This document shows, one piece after another, positions 28,080-38,619 of a DNA stretch of 64,000 nt; position 1 is the stretch's first letter; each line of letters begins with the position of its first letter. The position numbers were made by a program, and so were the translations under genes. The stretch spans positions 81,647 through 145,646 of the forward strand of contig CAVZRQ010000008.1 in the NCBI GenBank assembly GCA_963777735.1, given 5' to 3'. Below the pieces are notes generated by a model. That model was given only the letters and a program-made list of their open reading frames with translations. It ran no database searches and was not told where the DNA came from. The DNA is from an uncultured Gammaproteobacteria bacterium (GTDB lineage Bacteria; Pseudomonadota; Gammaproteobacteria; Steroidobacterales; Steroidobacteraceae).

Positions 28080-28944
28080 TGAAGATCTGCTCCAGATGCT
28101 TGTTCACCGTGCGCGGGCTGATTCCCAGGATCTGACCGATCTCGCGATTGGATTTGCCGCGCGACAGCCATAACAGAACCTCTGCTTCGCGGCCCGTTAC
28201 GCCGAGCTGCTGCTGAAGAATGTTCTGGTCGTCGGTCGAGCGCTTCTCGCTCAGGCGAAACAGCAATTCATCCGGACCGATGGGGCTCAGCATCGCGCAC
28301 TCAAGTTGCAGCCCGCCCACGTTGAGCAGGCACTGTGCCCCCTGCCCCGAGGCTTCCAGCCGCAATGCCAGCATCTGGCGCAGCATGGCTTCCGGCAGCG
28401 CTGGTGCCTTGGCCGGGTCGGCTGGCGAGAGTTCGCCCAGCAAGGCCCGGGCCTTTGGTGTGCACCACTTCACCCTGCCCTGCAAGTCTGTGGCCAGCAG
28501 GAAGCGGCCAGCGGCATCCAGTGCCGCGTTCGGGCCATGTGCCACGCGCGAATTATTCAGATGCACGCGCATGCGTGCCAGTAGTTCCTCCACCACGATG
28601 GGCTTGGTGAGGAAGTCAACGCCGCCCGCGGCAAGACCCTGCACCACATGCTCGGTTTCGGAAAGACCGGTCATGAAGATAACCGGCACATGCGCCAGTT
28701 GCGGATTCTGCTTGAGGCGGCGGCATGCCTCGAAACCATCCAGGCCAGGCATTACGGCGTCCATCAGCACCATATCGGGCGTGATCTGTTCCACCAGGCG
28801 CAGGGCGCTGTCGCCATCGGTGGCGATCAGCACGGTGTAACCGGCGCCATCCAGCATGTCTGTCAGGAATCCCAGCGATTCCGGTGTGTCGTCGACAACG
28901 AGTACCGTATCGCGCGGGTCACTGCGCACATCAACTGCTCTCAC
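28015..28944 (-). CDS. response regulator with receiver, central PAS-like region and LuxR-type HTH
   Basis: REC motifs ([19 protein letters not shown]). C-terminal LuxR HTH ([40 protein letters not shown]). The GTG start overlaps the upstream kinase stop by 14 nt. Confidence 0.88.
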   Translation of the reverse strand: MRAVDVRSDPRDTVLVVDDTPESLGFLTDMLDGAGYTVLIATDGDSALRLVEQITPDMVLMDAVMPGLDGFEACRRLKQNPQLAHVPVIFMTGLSETEHVVQGLAAGGVDFLTKPIVVEELLARMRVHLNNSRVAHGPNAALDAAGRFLLATDLQGRVKWCTPKARALLGELSPADPAKAPALPEAMLRQMLALRLEASGQGAQCLLNVGGLQLECAMLSPIGPDELLFRLSEKRSTDDQNILQQQLGVTGREAEVLLWLSRGKSNREIGQILGISPRTVNKHLEQIFIKLGVENRASAAARAVRLLAQ

Positions 28945-31900
28945 GAAGCCCCTTTATAGTTGTCATGTAGCGTTTCATGTCGAATTTCTCCACCATGCCG
29001 CGCAGCGCCGTCACCAGCGCCTCAGCGTCGGGCTCCTGCTCCGCGAACCCGCGCAGGCGCGATTGTATGCCGCGAACATGGCCAATCAGGCCCAGTTGCC
29101 ACAAATCCTCCAGATGTTTCCCGAGCCGTGCCCGCAGCTCCGGGGTCAACTGCAATGTGGTCTCGGGAAGAGCCTGTTCATTGCTGTAATTCCATTCCAG
29201 ATGCAGCTGTGTCTGCAGCGCGGAAAGCAGCATCGAAGCCTCCACGGGCTTCATGACGAACCCATCATGCAACGCGGCTTCACTGCCTGGTGCGTATTCA
29301 TGTGCATTGGCAGAAACAACCAGCATCCGGACCCGCTGCAGGGCGGGAATCTCGCGCAGCTGACGGATCACATCCCAGCCGATGGCATCCGGCAGTGAGA
29401 GATCGACCATGATGAGATCGGGTGTATGGGCTGCCGCTGCCACCGCTTCGCCACCGGTATGAACGGCGGAGACGTCGAAGCCCAGTGGACGCAGCAGCCC
29501 CTGCATGAACTGCACGTGGTTCACGTCGTCATCCACAATCAGTATCCGGCGACGATCTCCGTGATAGCCACGGATATGTCGTGACAGCTCCGCGCTGGAA
29601 TCCTGCATGGCTTCCGACAGCAGAATCCGGACCGTGAAGGTGGTGCCAACGCCCGGGGTGCTCTGAACAATGATCTCGCCACCCATCACCTGGGTGAGCA
29701 GCTTGGTGATGGTGAGGCCCAGCCCGGTGCCGGGAATGGCGCGTACTTCGGCGTCGCCGCCCCGCTCGAATGGCTGGAAAACCCGCTCGATGTCTTCCGG
29801 TGCTATGCCCATGCCGGAATCGGAGACTTCGAATTCGGCAACCTGGTTGCGGTACCGGACTTTGAGCGTCGCATGGCCGCGCGCCGTGTATTTCACGGCG
29901 TTGGACAGAAGATTGATCAGGATCTGTCGCAGCCGCTTCTCATCGGTATGCACGACGGTGGGCAGATGGGCCGCGCGTTCGCAGTGGAAGTCGATGCCCT
30001 TGCTCGCTGCCTGCAGCCGGAACATGTCTTCCAGCTGGTCCAGGAACTCGCCGAAATGCAGCCGGTTGCGGTTGAGCTTCATCACGCCGCCTTCGATGCG
30101 GGAGATGTCCAGCAGCCCATCGATGAGGCTCGCCATATGCTCAGCGCTGCGACGGATCACCCGCACTGCGTTCGGTGGTGGCTCCGCCGTGGAGCGTTCC
30201 ATCAACTGTGCGTAACCATAGATCGAGTTCAGCGGAGTGCGGATCTCGTGGCTCAGGCCAATGATGTACCGCGACTTGGCGAGGTTCGCTGATTCCGCCG
30301 ACTCTTTCGCGCGCTGCAGGGCCGCGTCGGTGCGATTGTGCGCGGCGATCTCGTCCATCAGCATGGCGGTCTGCCGCGCCGATTCGGTTTCGGCGGCGCG
30401 ACGATTCTCCAGCGCCAGCACGATCACCCAGCTGGCAATCGCCGACAGGATGAAAAAGCTGAAGTAGACCAGCCAGAGCACGGCGCTGGTAGCCTCACGT
30501 GCCGCTTCGCCGGGCGGCGACATGTGGGTGTTGATGAAGGCCAGGATCATCGCCACCAGCAGGTTGGTAATCAGCATCAGGCTGCTGAATCTCCCGGCCC
30601 GCGTTGCGGCCAGAGCGGCGATACGCTCGGGAAGAATCTGCTTCAACCAGCGATCGACCTGCTCGCCGAGCCGTGCACCATCCTTGCATTGGTCCCTGCA
30701 GCGGGCATCCAGCGAACAGCACAGCGAGCAGATGGAGCCGCCGTACGCGGGGCACAACGCCATGTCTTCCGTTTCGAAGCGGTTCTCGCAGATGGTGCAG
30801 ATGCCGCCGAGATTGCGACTGTCCGGCGTTGCGTGCCAGGTAGTAACGCCCTTTTGTCCACCAGGCGATGGCCGGCGCAACGACCATCGCCGTGCCCAGC
30901 GCAATGAAAGGGGAAAGCACCCTGGCGGCTTCGCCCAGGACACCGAGGTGCGCAACACTCGACAGAATGACCGATACCGATAGTGCACCGACACCAACAG
31001 GATTGACGTCGTACAGGTGTGCGCGCTTGAACTCTATGCCGCGGGGGCTGAGCCCCAGTGGTTTGTTGATGACCAGATCGGCAGTGATGGCGCCAATCCA
31101 GCCAGCCGCGAAGTTGGCATAGATTCCCAGCACGCTTTCGATGGCGGCGAAGATGCCGAGTTCCATCAGCAGCAGTGCCAGCAGGACATTGAACACGAGC
31201 CACACCACCCGGCCCGGGTGGGAATGAGTGACGCGCGAGAAGAAATTGGACCAGGCGATGGAGCCCGCATAGGCGTTGGTGACATTGATCTTGATCTGGC
31301 AGATCACGACGAACACACCAGTAACCACCAGTGCCAGGGTGGGCGAACTGAACGTGGCGCCAAAAACATGGTGGTACATGGTTGTGGGGTCGTCGGCGAG
31401 ATCCGTGACGACGCCTGCCTGGATCAGCATCCACGCCAGGAAAGAGCCGGCGAGCAGTTTCAGTCCGCCCATCAGCACCCATCCGGGGCCGGTGCCGATG
31501 ACAGCCACCCACCAGGCGACCCGGTTGCCAGGTCGCCGCACCGGCAGGAAGCGCAGGTAGTCCACCTGCTCGCCGATCTGTGGCAGCAATGACAGCAGCA
31601 CCGATGCGGCTGCAGCGAACAGCAGCCAGTCGATCTGCCCGCCGCCACTGCCAAGCTTGCCGGCAAACTGGGTCCAGCCCGCGATCTCGGCGGGATTGCG
31701 CCAGGCAATGTATGCCAGGGGCAGGAACTGCAGCACCAGCCAGATCGGCTGCGTCCAGATCTGGAAGCGGCTGATCAGACTGATGCCATACAGGGCAATG
31801 GGGATGACTACCAGGGCGCTGATCAGATGAGCCGCCCAGATGGGGATGTCGAACAGCAGCATCAGTGCAGTCGACATGATGCTGGCTTCAATGGCGAACA

Positions 31901-32327
31901 ACAGGAAAGTGAAGGACGCGTAGATCAGCGAGGTGATGGTGGAGCCGATGTAGCCGAACCCGGCCCCGCGGGTCAGAAGGTCGATGTCCACTCCGTAGCG
32001 GGCTGCGTAGACGCAGATCGGCACCCCGATCATGAACATCAGCACGCAGAACGATACGATCGCGCTGGCCGCATTGGTGAAGCCATAGGAAAGGGTGATG
32101 GCACCACCTATTGCCTCGCACGCCAGGAAGGCGATCGGACCAAAGGCGGTGTTGCCCACCCGGAACATCGACCGGCGGGCGCCAGAGGCCGTGAAGCGAA
32201 GTGCGTAGTCTTCCAGCGTCTCGCTGGCAACCCACTGGTTGTACTGCCGACGCTCCCTAATGATGCGCTGTCGCGGACCCATGCAACCTCTTGGTGCAAA
32301 ACTGGCTGAAAATTGATTGTAGGCCAC
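28931..32327 (-). pseudogene. hybrid sensor histidine kinase with an N-terminal NCS1/purine-cytosine-permease-like membrane domain; one frame break as sequenced
   Basis: ORF 30495..32327 encodes a polytopic permease-like domain (GFGYIGSTITSLIYASFTF, QIKINVTNAYAGSIAWSNF). It runs on, after a junction near 30829, into ORF 28931..30997. That part has a Cys-rich segment (CTICENRFETEDMALCPAYGGSICSLCCSLDARCRDQCK), a TM segment, HisKA (SHEIRTPLNS), a HATPase domain (GTGLGLTI), a receiver (ILIVDDD...MVDLSLPD) and a helical C-terminal tail. The start is either 32327 or ATG 32282. Confidence 0.85.
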
Positions 32328-32482
32328 GACTATACAGTCCGCGGCTACGTCAAATGACCCATCCCGGGTACGTCAATCAACGCGTATCGCGGGTGATGTG
32401 GTTCTCATAACTTCATCCATGCATGCCGCGGGCCCAATTCCCGCAGGAAGCGCTCTTAACAACAGACAAAGGACACACTCCC

Positions 32483-33493
32483 ATGGGTTATGAAACGGTC
32501 TCTTCTGCCAATCGCCTGCTCTCCGGTTCGCCTTTGGCGAGCGGCAGGAAGTGCATGGTCGCTGGCGTGGTTGCCGCTGTGGCTGCCGCGATTGCTCCCG
32601 TCGCCAACGCCGAAATCGAACTGGGTGAGGGCCTCAGCGTCACCGGTTTCGTCGACATGTCATTCCTCAGCACCGACATCGACGGTGCAGAAGGCGGCAC
32701 CACCAGCGGTTTCGGTATCGATCAGTTCGAGACTGATTTCCTGTATTCCGGTTCCGATGGCATCTCTGCCCAGGTCGACGTTGAGTACGGTGGGACTTCC
32801 ACTACCTCGAACACCTTCGTCGAACAGGCTTTCATCACCAAGAAGTTCAACGACCAGTTCAGCATGAAGGTTGGTCGCTTCCTGAGCTACAGCGGCTGGG
32901 AAACCGAAGAGCCCACCGGCCTCTTCCAGTACAGCGGCGTCGGCTATGCCCCGGCCTTCTACGGCTACTACCAGCAGGGCGTCTCGGCTGCCTACACCGG
33001 CGAGAAATTCGCCCTCATGGGGTCCGTCGTCAGTTCCGCTTTCGATCCGTACGAGAGCGATACCGACGACCTGGGATACGAACTCGGCGTGGCCGTGATG
33101 CCCATCGAAGGACTTACCGCGAAGCTGTTCTACATTTCGGACAAGAAGTCAGACACGGACATCCTCAACTTCTGGGCATCGTATTCGGCTGGCGGCTTCA
33201 CCTTCGCGGGTGAATACAATGATGGCGACTACACCGCCGGAGGCAAGGGCGATGGCTACCTGCTGATGGGTAACTACGCCAGCGGCAACTGGGGCATCAC
33301 CCTGCGCTATCACGACTGGGACATCGAAGACGGTACCGGCACTTCCACCAGCAAGCAGACGGGCTTCACCCTGTCGCCTAGCTACAAAGTGGGCAAGAAC
33401 CTGCTGCTGGTGGCCGAGTACCGGACGGACGACGTCAAGGCCGGCGGCAGCGATGTGGACTACATCGCTCTCGAAGCGCTCTTCACGTTCTGA
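32483..33493 (+). CDS. outer-membrane porin (possibly a short-chain amide/urea porin, FmdC-like)
   Basis: Signal peptide ending ANA, alternating beta-strand pattern, aromatic girdle and terminal F (LEALFTF). Lies directly upstream of urtA. Start chosen at ATG 32483, preceded by AAGGA. Confidence 0.7.
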   Translation: MGYETVSSANRLLSGSPLASGRKCMVAGVVAAVAAAIAPVANAEIELGEGLSVTGFVDMSFLSTDIDGAEGGTTSGFGIDQFETDFLYSGSDGISAQVDVEYGGTSTTSNTFVEQAFITKKFNDQFSMKVGRFLSYSGWETEEPTGLFQYSGVGYAPAFYGYYQQGVSAAYTGEKFALMGSVVSSAFDPYESDTDDLGYELGVAVMPIEGLTAKLFYISDKKSDTDILNFWASYSAGGFTFAGEYNDGDYTAGGKGDGYLLMGNYASGNWGITLRYHDWDIEDGTGTSTSKQTGFTLSPSYKVGKNLLLVAEYRTDDVKAGGSDVDYIALEALFTF

Positions 33494-33501
33494 TACGACT
33501 C

Positions 33502-33530
33502 CTGCGCCAGCCAGCAACTGGCTGGCGCAG
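33502..33530 (+). terminator. strong hairpin after the porin gene (partial terminator/attenuator)
   Basis: CTGCGCCAGCCAG-CAA-CTGGCTGGCGCAG forms a 13-bp perfect stem. A TATTTT run follows about 10 nt downstream. Confidence 0.4.
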
Positions 33531-33554
33531 ACCACTCTATTTTCGGAGCAATAA

Positions 33555-34882
33555 ATGAAATCAAGACGTACATTCATGAAAGTCGCAACGGTAAGCGCAA
33601 TGGTCGCAGTGGCCATGCTTGCCGGTTGCGCGAAGAAGGAAGCAGAAGTAGCTGCCTCCGCGGCACCTACGGAGACCATCAAGGTCGGTGTTCTGCATTC
33701 GTTGTCGGGAACCATGGCCATCAGCGAAACCACGCTGAAGGACACCGTCCTGATGATGATCGACGAGCAGAACAAGAAGGGTGGCGTGCTCGGCAAGCAG
33801 CTGGAAGCCGTTGTGGTCGATCCCGCCTCCGACTGGCCGTTGTTCGCCGAGAAGGCCGAACAGCTGCTGGTGCAGGACAAGGTCGCGGTGGTGTTCGGCT
33901 GCTGGACCAGTTCGTGTCCCGCAAGTCGGTGTTGCCGGTGTTCGAGAAGAACAATGGCCTGCTCTTCTACCCCGTGCAGTACGAGGGTGAAGAGTCGTCC
34001 AAGAACGTGTTCTACACCGGTGCCGCGCCCAACCAGCAGGCCATCCCTGCGGTTGATTACCTGATGAACGACGTCAAGGTGAAGCGTTGGGTGCTGGAAG
34101 GCACTGACTATGTGTATCCCCAGACCACCAACAAGATCCTGAAGGCCTACCTCATGTCGAAGGGCGTGGCGGAAGCGGACATCAGCGTGAACTACACGCC
34201 GTTCGGTCATTCCGACTGGCAGTCGCGCGTGGCGGCCATCAAGAAGTTCGGCTCGGCTGGCAAGAAGACGGCGGTGGTTTCGACCATCAACGGCGATGCC
34301 AACGTGCCCTTCTACAAGGAACTGGCCAGCCAGAAGATCTCCGCGGAAGACATCCCCGTGGTGGCGTTCTCGGTGGGTGAAGAAGAACTCTCGGGTCTCG
34401 ACGCCGCGCCGCTGGTGGGTCACCTCGCCGCCTGGAACTACTTCCAGAGCGTCGAAAGCCCGCTGAACACCGAGTGGATCGCCAAGTGGCAGGCCTTCAG
34501 CCCGAAGAAGGAAAAGGCCACCTTCAACGATCCGATGGAAGCGACGCTGATCGGATTCCAGCTGTGGGTTGCTGCGGTCGAGAAGGCCCAGTCGACGGAA
34601 ACCGACAAGGTTGCCGATGCGATCATCGGCCTCGAGACGCCGAACCTGACCGGTGGCATCGCCAAGATGCTGCCGAACCACCACCTGACCAAACCGGTGC
34701 TCATCGGTGAGGTGCGTGCGGACGGTCAGTTCGACACCGTCTGGAAGACCGAAGGTACTGTTCCGGGCGACGCCTGGACGGACTTCCTGCCGGGTAGCAT
34801 GGACGTGGAAGCCGACTGGGTCGATCTCAAGTGCGGCAACTACAACAAGGTCACGAAGGTCTGCTCTGGCCAGAACATGTAG
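33555..34882 (+). pseudogene. urtA: urea ABC transporter substrate-binding protein UrtA; one frame break as sequenced
   Basis: Lipoprotein-type signal (MLAGCAKK), then [17 protein letters not shown]...VVFGCWTS in one frame. It continues as [27 protein letters not shown]... in the frame of ORF 33626..34882. The junction is at about 33911-33915 and looks like a 1-nt loss or a 2-nt gain. Confidence 0.9.
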
Positions 34883-34915
34883 TTCGGCAACTACCAGCCA
34901 CGATTGGTAGAAGTT

Positions 34916-34941
34916 GTTCCCGGCCCGGAAGGGCCGGGAAC
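34916..34941 (+). promoter_or_regulatory. intercistronic stem-loop between urtA and urtB
   Basis: GTTCCCGGCCC-GGAA-GGGCCGGGAAC forms an 11-bp perfect stem with a GNRA-type loop. No U-tract follows. Confidence 0.4.
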
Positions 34942-34973
34942 ATTGGCGAAGCCACAAGTCAAGGCAAAGTCCA

Positions 34974-36650
34974 ATGATCTCCCGAAAGCTCCTGGCGCTA
35001 GGCGTCGTCCTTGGGCTGCTTGCAGCGACCTGCCCTGCGCAGGACGCAACGCCCGAATCACTGCCCGAATCACCGACTGCGCCGGCCATTGCGCCTGACG
35101 CAAAACTCGATGACCTGCTGGCCATGTTGCCGGCGGCGGATTACACGACCAAGGGCGAGATCGTTGCACGCCTGGGTGCCGAAGGCAGTCCTGCCGCGCA
35201 CCGAACCCTCTCTGCCCTGCTCAAGGGAGAGCTCTATTTTCGAAATTCCGACCGGCTGCTGGTTTCCATCATTGAGAACAGCAACCCTCCTATAGCCACC
35301 GACATCCGCAGTGGCGATTCACTGGGGGCCCTTGCGGCCACCGAGCGAACCCGCGTCGGCATCAACAATCAGCTGCGCAAGACAGTGCGCGGCCACCTCG
35401 CCGGACTGGAACTGGCAAGTCCGGACGAGAAGGTCCGCATGACTGCCGTACGGGAGTTGATGAGCACGCTGGATGCGGACGGCGTGAACCTGCTGCGCAG
35501 CCGACTCGGTGCCGAGCAGGACGAGTCGGTCCGTGGCCAGATCGTCGACGCATTGGCCATCAACGATCTGGCCGATCCCGATGCGGCCAAACGTCTCGCC
35601 GCGGTCAACGAGTTGCGTGGCAACTTGAATGGTGAGGTATTCAATCGGCTTGTTCCCATGGCCACTGCCGGCCCGGATGGCACCTTCTCGGAGCCCGATG
35701 CGGCGGTCCGGCTGGCTGCCGACGAAGCGCTCAGCACCATCAAGCGCTGGCGCGGGTTCTACGGGATGATCGAAACACTGTTCTTTGGTCTTTCGCTGGG
35801 TTCGGTGTTGATGCTCGTCGGCATTGGCCTTGCCATCACCTTCGGCGTGATGGGCGTGATCAACATGGCCCACGGCGAAATGCTGATGATTGGCGCTTAC
35901 TGCGTCTACGTGGTGCAGACCCTGATGCCAAACCACATCGGCAGTTCGCTGCTGGTGGCCATTCCCGTGGCCTTCGTCGTGGCCGGCCTGGTGGGCATCG
36001 CGATCGAACGGGGTGTCGTGCGTTTCCTCCATGGCAGGCCGCTCGAAACCCTGCTCGCAACCTTTGGTGTGAGCCTGATCCTGCAGCAGCTGGTTCGCGA
36101 TGTATTCAGTCCGAACAACCGCCCCGTGCAGGTGCCGTCGTGGATGGCCGGATCGCTGCGCTTCAACGATGTGCTTTCCCTCACCTACTCCCGGTTGTAC
36201 ATCGTGTTGTTCGCGGCAATCGTGTTCGTGCTGCTGATGCTGGTGATCAAGCGCACCAATCTGGGATTGCACGTGCGTGCGGTCTCGCAGAATCGCGCCA
36301 TGGCCCGCGCCATGGGCATCAAGACAAATTGGGTGGACGCACTGACATTCGGCCTGGGTTCCGGTATCGCGGGTGTCGCAGGCGTCGCGCTTAGCCAGTT
36401 GACGAATGTCGGCCCTAACCTCGGGCAGAGCTACATCGTCGACTCCTTCATGGTGGTGGTATTCGGTGGCGTGGGCAGTCTGTGGGGCACGCAGATCGGC
36501 GGCCTTTCGCTCGGCGTTACCAGCAAGCTGCTGGAGCCCATGGCCGGCGCGGTGCTCGCGAAGATCCTGATACTCGTGGCACTGATCCTGTTCATCCAGA
36601 GCAAGCCGCGCGGGCTGTTCCCGCAGCGCGGCCGCGCGGCTGAGGGTTGA
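34974..36650 (+). CDS. urtB: urea ABC transporter permease UrtB with a long N-terminal extension
   Basis: The C-terminal roughly 295 aa form a LivH-type permease (GVINMAHGEMLMIGAY). The N-terminal roughly 260 aa carry a signal-like segment and HEAT-like repeats (DEKVRMTAVREL, DAAKRLAAVNEL, DAAVRLAADEAL). Confidence 0.88.
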   Translation: MISRKLLALGVVLGLLAATCPAQDATPESLPESPTAPAIAPDAKLDDLLAMLPAADYTTKGEIVARLGAEGSPAAHRTLSALLKGELYFRNSDRLLVSIIENSNPPIATDIRSGDSLGALAATERTRVGINNQLRKTVRGHLAGLELASPDEKVRMTAVRELMSTLDADGVNLLRSRLGAEQDESVRGQIVDALAINDLADPDAAKRLAAVNELRGNLNGEVFNRLVPMATAGPDGTFSEPDAAVRLAADEALSTIKRWRGFYGMIETLFFGLSLGSVLMLVGIGLAITFGVMGVINMAHGEMLMIGAYCVYVVQTLMPNHIGSSLLVAIPVAFVVAGLVGIAIERGVVRFLHGRPLETLLATFGVSLILQQLVRDVFSPNNRPVQVPSWMAGSLRFNDVLSLTYSRLYIVLFAAIVFVLLMLVIKRTNLGLHVRAVSQNRAMARAMGIKTNWVDALTFGLGSGIAGVAGVALSQLTNVGPNLGQSYIVDSFMVVVFGGVGSLWGTQIGGLSLGVTSKLLEPMAGAVLAKILILVALILFIQSKPRGLFPQRGRAAEG

Positions 36651-36655
36651 CGGGC

Positions 36656-37765
36656 ATGCCGCACACTCCGTTCCTCACCGGCCTGTTCCGTACTGATCGC
36701 CCGGGCATCATCTTCCTCGCGCTGCTGGCCGCCACGGCCATCGTGGTGCCGGTGCTGCACCTCCTGGTGCCGGAATCATCGCCGCTGCACATGTCCTCCT
36801 ATTCCGTGACACTGATCGGCAAGTACCTCACGTACGCCATGCTTGCCCTCTCGGTGGATCTCGTCTGGGGGTTCTGCGGCATCCTCAGCCTGGGTCATGC
36901 CGCATTCTTCGCCCTGGGCGGCTATGCGATGGGCATGTACCTCATGCGGCAGATCGGCCCGCGCGGCGTGTATGGCGACCCCATCCTGCCGGACTTCATG
37001 GTGTTCCTGAACTGGAAGGAGCTCCCCTGGTTCTGGCATGGTTTCGACATGTTCTGGTTTGCGCTGCTGATGGTGGCGCTGGCACCGGGCCTGCTGGCCC
37101 TGGTGTTCGGCTGGTTCGCCTTCCGCTCCCGCGTCACTGGCGTGTATCTCTCCATCATCACCCAGGCGATGACCTACGCACTGATGCTGGCGTTCTTCCG
37201 CAATGACATGGGCTTTGGCGGCAACAACGGCTTCACGGATTTCAAGGATCTGCTCGGATTCAATCTGGCGAGCCCCAACGTGCGGATCGCGCTGTTTGTC
37301 GCTTCCGCCATCGCCCTTGGCACGGGCTATCTGTTATGCCGATGGATCGTTTCTTCGCGCGCGGGCCGCGTGGTGACGGCCATACGCGATGCCGAGAGTC
37401 GCACGCGATTCATCGGCTATCGGGTTGAGTCCTACAAGCTGTGGGTGTTCGTGTTCTCGGCGGTGCTGGCGGGCGTGGCCGGGGCGTTGTACGTGCCGCA
37501 GGTGGGCATCATCAATCCCGACGAGTTCTCGCCCATCAATTCCATCGAGGTGGTGATCTGGGTGGCCATTGGCGGTCGCGGCACGCTCTACGGCGCCGTC
37601 GCCGGCGCCATCATCGTGAACTACGCCAAGACATGGTTTACCACTGCCCTGCCCAGCGCCTGGCTGTATCTGCTTGGGGCGATGTTCATTCTCACGACGC
37701 TGTTCCTGCCGACCGGTGTCGCTGGCCTGCTGCGTAGCCGCAGGGCCAAGGGGCGCGCAGCATGA
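36656..37765 (+). CDS. urtC: urea ABC transporter permease UrtC
   Basis: LivM-type permease (DLVWGFCGILSLGHAAFFALGGY). Follows urtB. Confidence 0.9.
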   Translation: MPHTPFLTGLFRTDRPGIIFLALLAATAIVVPVLHLLVPESSPLHMSSYSVTLIGKYLTYAMLALSVDLVWGFCGILSLGHAAFFALGGYAMGMYLMRQIGPRGVYGDPILPDFMVFLNWKELPWFWHGFDMFWFALLMVALAPGLLALVFGWFAFRSRVTGVYLSIITQAMTYALMLAFFRNDMGFGGNNGFTDFKDLLGFNLASPNVRIALFVASAIALGTGYLLCRWIVSSRAGRVVTAIRDAESRTRFIGYRVESYKLWVFVFSAVLAGVAGALYVPQVGIINPDEFSPINSIEVVIWVAIGGRGTLYGAVAGAIIVNYAKTWFTTALPSAWLYLLGAMFILTTLFLPTGVAGLLRSRRAKGRAA

Positions 37766-38619
37766 ACGCGAAGCTTGCATGGAAACGGCTTGCCGGTCGT
37801 TCACGCAGCGCCTCACCGCCACGCAAGGGGCCCATGCTGCAGGGGCACGACGTGGCCAGTGGTCCGGATGATTCACACGGCTACATCCTGTATCTGGAAG
37901 ACCTGACGGTTTCCTTCGACGGATTCCGCGCACTCAATGCGCTCACTCTGTATGTGGAAACAGGTGAATTGCGTTGCATCATCGGTCCGAATGGTGCCGG
38001 CAAGACCACCATGATGGATGTCATCACCGGCAAGACCCGTCCCGATGCAGGTTCTGCGTGGTTTGGCCAGACTCTCGACCTGCTGGAACTGACAGAGCCC
38101 GAGATCGCGCAGGCAGGTATCGGGCGCAAGTTCCAGAAGCCGACGGTTTTCGAGCGGCACACGGCGTTCGAGAACCTTGAACTCGCGCTGGCTGGGAATC
38201 GCGCCGTCTGGGCGAATCTGGTTGCGAAGCTCTCCTCCGAGCAGCGTGATCGCATTCGCGACGTGCTGGAGCAGATCGGTCTCTCCGCCGAGCTGGACAC
38301 TCCCGCCGGCGCCCTCTCACACGGCCAGAAGCAATGGCTCGAGATCGGCATGCTGCTGATGCAGAGCCCGAGACTGCTGCTCGTGGATGAGCCTGTGGCC
38401 GGCATGACCCCGCAGGAAGTGGACAAGACAGCGGAGCTGCTGGTGTCGCTGTCGGGCGAACACTCGGTCATCGTGGTGGAACACGACATGGAGTTCGTGC
38501 GAGGCATTGCGCGGCAGGTCACCGTGCTGCATCAAGGCAGCGTGCTGGCCGAAGGCACCATGGACGAAGTGCAGAACCACCCCAAAGTCATTGAAGTGTA
38601 TCTGGGCGAGCATCAATGA
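37762..38619 (+). CDS. urtD: urea ABC transporter ATP-binding protein UrtD
   Basis: Walker A GPNGAGKTT, signature LSHGQKQWLEIG and Walker B LLLVDEP. ATGA overlap with urtC. Confidence 0.9.
   Translation: MNAKLAWKRLAGRSRSASPPRKGPMLQGHDVASGPDDSHGYILYLEDLTVSFDGFRALNALTLYVETGELRCIIGPNGAGKTTMMDVITGKTRPDAGSAWFGQTLDLLELTEPEIAQAGIGRKFQKPTVFERHTAFENLELALAGNRAVWANLVAKLSSEQRDRIRDVLEQIGLSAELDTPAGALSHGQKQWLEIGMLLMQSPRLLLVDEPVAGMTPQEVDKTAELLVSLSGEHSVIVVEHDMEFVRGIARQVTVLHQGSVLAEGTMDEVQNHPKVIEVYLGEHQ

Noticed and set aside
33149-35125. 658-aa ORF on the minus strand covering urtA and the porin 3' end
   Set aside because: It is antisense to the unmistakable UrtA coding sequence and has shadow-ORF composition (R/A/G/V-rich). 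It persists only because stop codons are rare in this GC context.
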